Source: an uncultured Spirochaetaceae bacterium
Lineage (GTDB): Bacteria > Spirochaetota > Spirochaetia > SZUA-6 > DRHE01
Length of the DNA stretch: 64,000 nt
Assembly: GCA_964390045.1 (NCBI GenBank)
Contig: CAYMGP010000002.1
Span: 30,326 to 94,325, forward strand
Direction: 5' to 3'
This document shows positions 61,654-64,000 of the stretch, piece by piece. Within the stretch, counting starts at the first letter, position 1. Each line of letters opens with the position of its first letter. The notes under the pieces were generated by a model. It saw only the letters and a program-made list of their open reading frames with translations. It did not search any database and had not been told where the DNA came from. The translations under genes were made by a program, and so were the position numbers.

Positions 61654-63141
61654 TCAGAACCGGGATCGTTGCTGGTCAAAGGCTGCTGTCAAGCGTTTCT
61701 GTATGCGGGTGAGCTGTTCTTCGTTTTGAATACCGAAATCCCCCAGCACCCAGTGATTGATCTGATCGTGTACGACCAGGTCCCTTTCCAGGTCTGTCAG
61801 GGCATTGGCAAGGTAGACGCTGAACACGATGTCCTGGTGCTCCTCCGTGCATTCCAGTGGAGCGTGGTGGAAACGAATCGCCTCGATCAGCTGTGCGGGG
61901 AAGTTCCATTTTTCCGCGATCAGAGCTCCGACTTCGGCGTGGTTCAAACCGGCGGCGAAGTTTTCCAGCAGGCCGGAGGGGATCTCCTTTTCCCTGCAGA
62001 ATCCGCGGATGTGTTCCAACAGGTCGGGATGCAGGGAGGCCAGGATGATCTTGCCCAGGTCGTGGAGGATGCCGCCCACGTAGACGTCATCGAGGATTTC
62101 CTTTCGGCGCCTGAAGCTCTTGGCCAGGTTGTAGGCGTAGTAAGCGGTACGGTAGGAGTGCTGCCACAGGGTACGCATCTCACGATACTTCTGGCCCAGG
62201 ATTTTCTGGGTGCCGTGAGTATAGAGCAGGTTGCGAACACCCTTCATGCCGACCAGCTTGACGGCCTCGACGATGTTATCCACCCGTTTGGGCAGCATGA
62301 ACTGAGCAGAGTTGACAAGCTTGAGCAGGTCCGCGGTAAGGGTCGGATCCGTGGAGATCTGGCGGGCGATATCTGTAATTTCGGAGTCCGGATCAGAAAT
62401 CAGGCGCTGCAGATGCAGGATATTATCGGGGAACTGGGGCAGCTGTTTTACCTCCTGGATGATCTGCTGGGTGAGCAGGTCCATCTTTTCCACCTGGATT
62501 TCGGAGAAGGGGATATTCAGCGTGGCCACCGTTTCTCCGTCTTCAATATCTATGGAGAAGGCATCCTCGTCCAGCCCGATCTTTTTCAGCATCAGGATGA
62601 GGATGACGATGCCCAGTCCCGCCCCTTCCGTCTGGTCGAGTACCGTAGCAAAGGCTTCTTCCATGCTGGTGAAGGCCCGGGATCGGGCGATTCTGTCGAA
62701 GATGCGGATTTGCTCGATCTTGGTTATCTCCACATTGTTGCGTACGGAGATGGAAAAGGTCTTCTCCCGCGTGTGATAGACTATCTTGAGGTACAGTCCC
62801 TGCTCCTTCTGCCTCTGCAAATAGTGCTGGATATTTTCCAGCGTGTCCTCTTTGAAGCTTTTCATGCCCTCCGCATAGTCCTGGGGATTCTGGAGATCCA
62901 GACCTTTTTCCTGGAAGTAGGCCCTTTTGGTATTGGCCTTCTTGGCATTCACGGCCAGCTCGCGCAGGCAGTAGGAAAGCTGGTCTTTGATTTCAGGGAA
63001 ACCGAGCTCTCTTAGGAAGATGTTGAGCACCTCGTCGAGGTACTCTTCGGTGTCATGAGGCAGAGTATAAGTTTTGAAGGTCAGCGGAATCGAGTTATGA
63101 GCGGCCCGTTTTACCTGCTCTACATCGATCTGTGGAGGCAT
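61654..63141 (-). CDS. HDOD-domain signalling protein with N-terminal GHKL/anti-sigma-kinase-like domain
   Basis: N-terminal ~215 aa have an N-box-like LRELAVNAKKAN and a G2-like TEGAGLGIVIL. The C-terminal HDOD region has ..LPQFPDNILHLQRLISDP..DIARQISTDPTLTADLLKLVNSA.. and HDLGK. ATG at 63141 preferred over the TTG at 63153. Confidence 0.7.
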   Translation of the reverse strand: MPPQIDVEQVKRAAHNSIPLTFKTYTLPHDTEEYLDEVLNIFLRELGFPEIKDQLSYCLRELAVNAKKANTKRAYFQEKGLDLQNPQDYAEGMKSFKEDTLENIQHYLQRQKEQGLYLKIVYHTREKTFSISVRNNVEITKIEQIRIFDRIARSRAFTSMEEAFATVLDQTEGAGLGIVILILMLKKIGLDEDAFSIDIEDGETVATLNIPFSEIQVEKMDLLTQQIIQEVKQLPQFPDNILHLQRLISDPDSEITDIARQISTDPTLTADLLKLVNSAQFMLPKRVDNIVEAVKLVGMKGVRNLLYTHGTQKILGQKYREMRTLWQHSYRTAYYAYNLAKSFRRRKEILDDVYVGGILHDLGKIILASLHPDLLEHIRGFCREKEIPSGLLENFAAGLNHAEVGALIAEKWNFPAQLIEAIRFHHAPLECTEEHQDIVFSVYLANALTDLERDLVVHDQINHWVLGDFGIQNEEQLTRIQKRLTAAFDQQRSRF

Positions 63142-63237
63142 ACATACACCCAATGTTCAAATTTTTGTTAATTGAGAATATCTTTCCCGCTACCCGTTGT
63201 CAAGCCTGAGTGTTAGCCGCCGGCCGGCCGTCATTCG

Positions 63238-63266
63238 TTGCCATGCTGCCGGCCGCCTGCTATAAT
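63238..63266 (+). promoter_or_regulatory. near-consensus sigma70-type promoter (TTGCCA, 17 nt spacer, TATAAT)
   Basis: TTGCCA at 63238-63243, an exact 17-nt spacer, and TATAAT at 63261-63266. The ATG of the Nif3-family gene at 63275 lies 8 nt after the -10 element. Confidence 0.55.
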
Positions 63267-63274
63267 GAGCCCCC

Positions 63275-64000
63275 ATGAACCTCGAACAGTTCGATACGCT
63301 GATCCGTTCGCTGCTCGCTCTCGATGAGTTCAGCGGTTCCGATGCGTCTCTCAACGGTCTACAGGTAGCCAACGAGAAGCAAACGGTGGCCAGGGTTGCC
63401 TTCGCCGTGGATGCCTGTCAGGAGAGCATTCGTCGCGCCGCTGAGTGGAACGCCGATCTTCTGTTCGTGCATCACGGATTGTTTTGGGGCAAACCGATAG
63501 CCGTAACAGGAGGGCACTACGCGCGCCTGCGAGCGCTGATCGCGGCGGATTTGGCTCTGTACGCGGTGCACCTGCCCCTAGACATGCACCCGGAGCTCGG
63601 CAACAATGCGGGCCTCGCCCGCCGCATTGGTTTGCAGAAACTCGAATCCTTTGGAGAGTACAAGGGCACAAGGATAGGGTTCAAAGGCAGATACGAAAAC
63701 AGCAGGAGCCTGCAGCAGGTCGTGAGGTTGTGCTGCGGCGGCAGCGAGCGGGGTCTTGGGGTTCTTCCCTTCGGGCCCGAGGAAATATTTTCAGTCGGCA
63801 TTGTTTCCGGCGGAGCGGCGGACGAAGCCTATCAGGCCATAGAGGAAAAGCTCGATTTGTTCATTACAGGAGATGCCTCGCACGAGATCTATCATCACTG
63901 TCTCGAGGGCCGCATCAATGTGATCTTCGGCGGACACTATCTTACAGAAACTTCCGGAGTGATGCTGCTATCGGAAAAGCTGTCCCGGGACACGGAGCTG
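63275..64000 (+). CDS. Nif3-family dinuclear metal centre protein (YbgI / GTP cyclohydrolase 1 type 2 homologue), 3'-partial at window end
   Basis: Not in the ORF track because no stop occurs before the window end. My translation is MNLEQFDTLIRSLLALDEF..NGLQV..ADLLFVHHGLFWGKP..LYAVHLPLDMHPELGNN..ITGD..GGHY, typical of the Nif3/YbgI family. Confidence 0.8.
   Translation, partial: MNLEQFDTLIRSLLALDEFSGSDASLNGLQVANEKQTVARVAFAVDACQESIRRAAEWNADLLFVHHGLFWGKPIAVTGGHYARLRALIAADLALYAVHLPLDMHPELGNNAGLARRIGLQKLESFGEYKGTRIGFKGRYENSRSLQQVVRLCCGGSERGLGVLPFGPEEIFSVGIVSGGAADEAYQAIEEKLDLFITGDASHEIYHHCLEGRINVIFGGHYLTETSGVMLLSEKLSRDTEL

Noticed and set aside
61357-63015. 552-aa plus-strand ORF, the longest unexplained ORF in the track
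   Set aside because: It is antisense to the HDOD protein and the MFS 5' region. The minus-strand HDOD frame has clear family motifs, and the plus-strand product is Leu/Gly/Asp/Val-rich with no motif, RBS or promoter. Shadow ORF.
1-64000. In-frame TGA (selenocysteine) readthrough in redox genes, and mobile, defence or toxin-antitoxin modules
   Set aside because: The redox proteins (TlpA-like WCGPC, glutaredoxin-like CGFC, OsmC, rubrerythrin) use Cys codons and are uninterrupted. The only adjacent same-frame ORF pieces separated by TGA are at the truncated MFS 5' end and look like decay. I found no transposase, integrase, restriction, Cas, abortive-infection or TA-like gene pair.

Overview
Densely coding, moderately GC-rich chromosomal segment with about 65 protein genes. 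I see no rRNA or tRNA genes, CRISPR arrays, transposases, integrases or phage genes. An archaeal/eukaryal-type PheRS (518 and 572 aa subunits), FlgM, an MGDG-synthase-type glycosyltransferase and many c-di-GMP, HD-GYP and HDOD signalling proteins suggest a free-living Spirochaetota-like bacterium; this is inference only. Recognisable modules, in order: rubrerythrin and a TlpA-like redox pair; cobO; an lrp-gcvH-gcvPA-gcvPB-gcvT cluster followed by an APC permease; a 7TM histidine kinase / degenerate-GGDEF-REC-HD-GYP / CheY-like receiver / MBL operon; dhaKL; a methylmalonyl-CoA mutase, MeaB and epimerase cluster with ptb; an orphan thiS; a DAHP synthase-prephenate dehydratase fusion; a TIGR00300-pheS-pheT-PF04008 operon; nth-ispF-ispD-carD; polyprenyl synthase and rhomboid; an AK-like-thrB-thrC operon; serS; a solute-binding protein plus hybrid kinase; rsmI-flgM; and the 5' part of a Nif3-family gene running off the window end. 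I did not find a discrete defence or mobile island, so most of the window is ordinary housekeeping DNA. The observations most worth follow-up are (1) an aspartokinase-family protein heading thrBC whose kinase motifs are replaced, (2) a CarD/CdnL protein with a ~120-aa N-terminal histone-H1-like Lys/Ser/Thr/Ala tail, (3) a four-domain DAHPS-PDT fusion, (4) a tight four-gene operon in which I judge all members to be of archaeal affinity, (5) an HD-GYP phosphodiesterase carrying a degenerate GGDEF domain with an intact I-site, (6) an Fe-ADH-family protein lacking all metal-binding His residues, (7) an 18-bp tandem repeat just after gcvT, and (8) three near-consensus promoters positioned to give leaderless mRNAs. 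All calls come from reading the sequence and ORF translations by eye; no searches were run.
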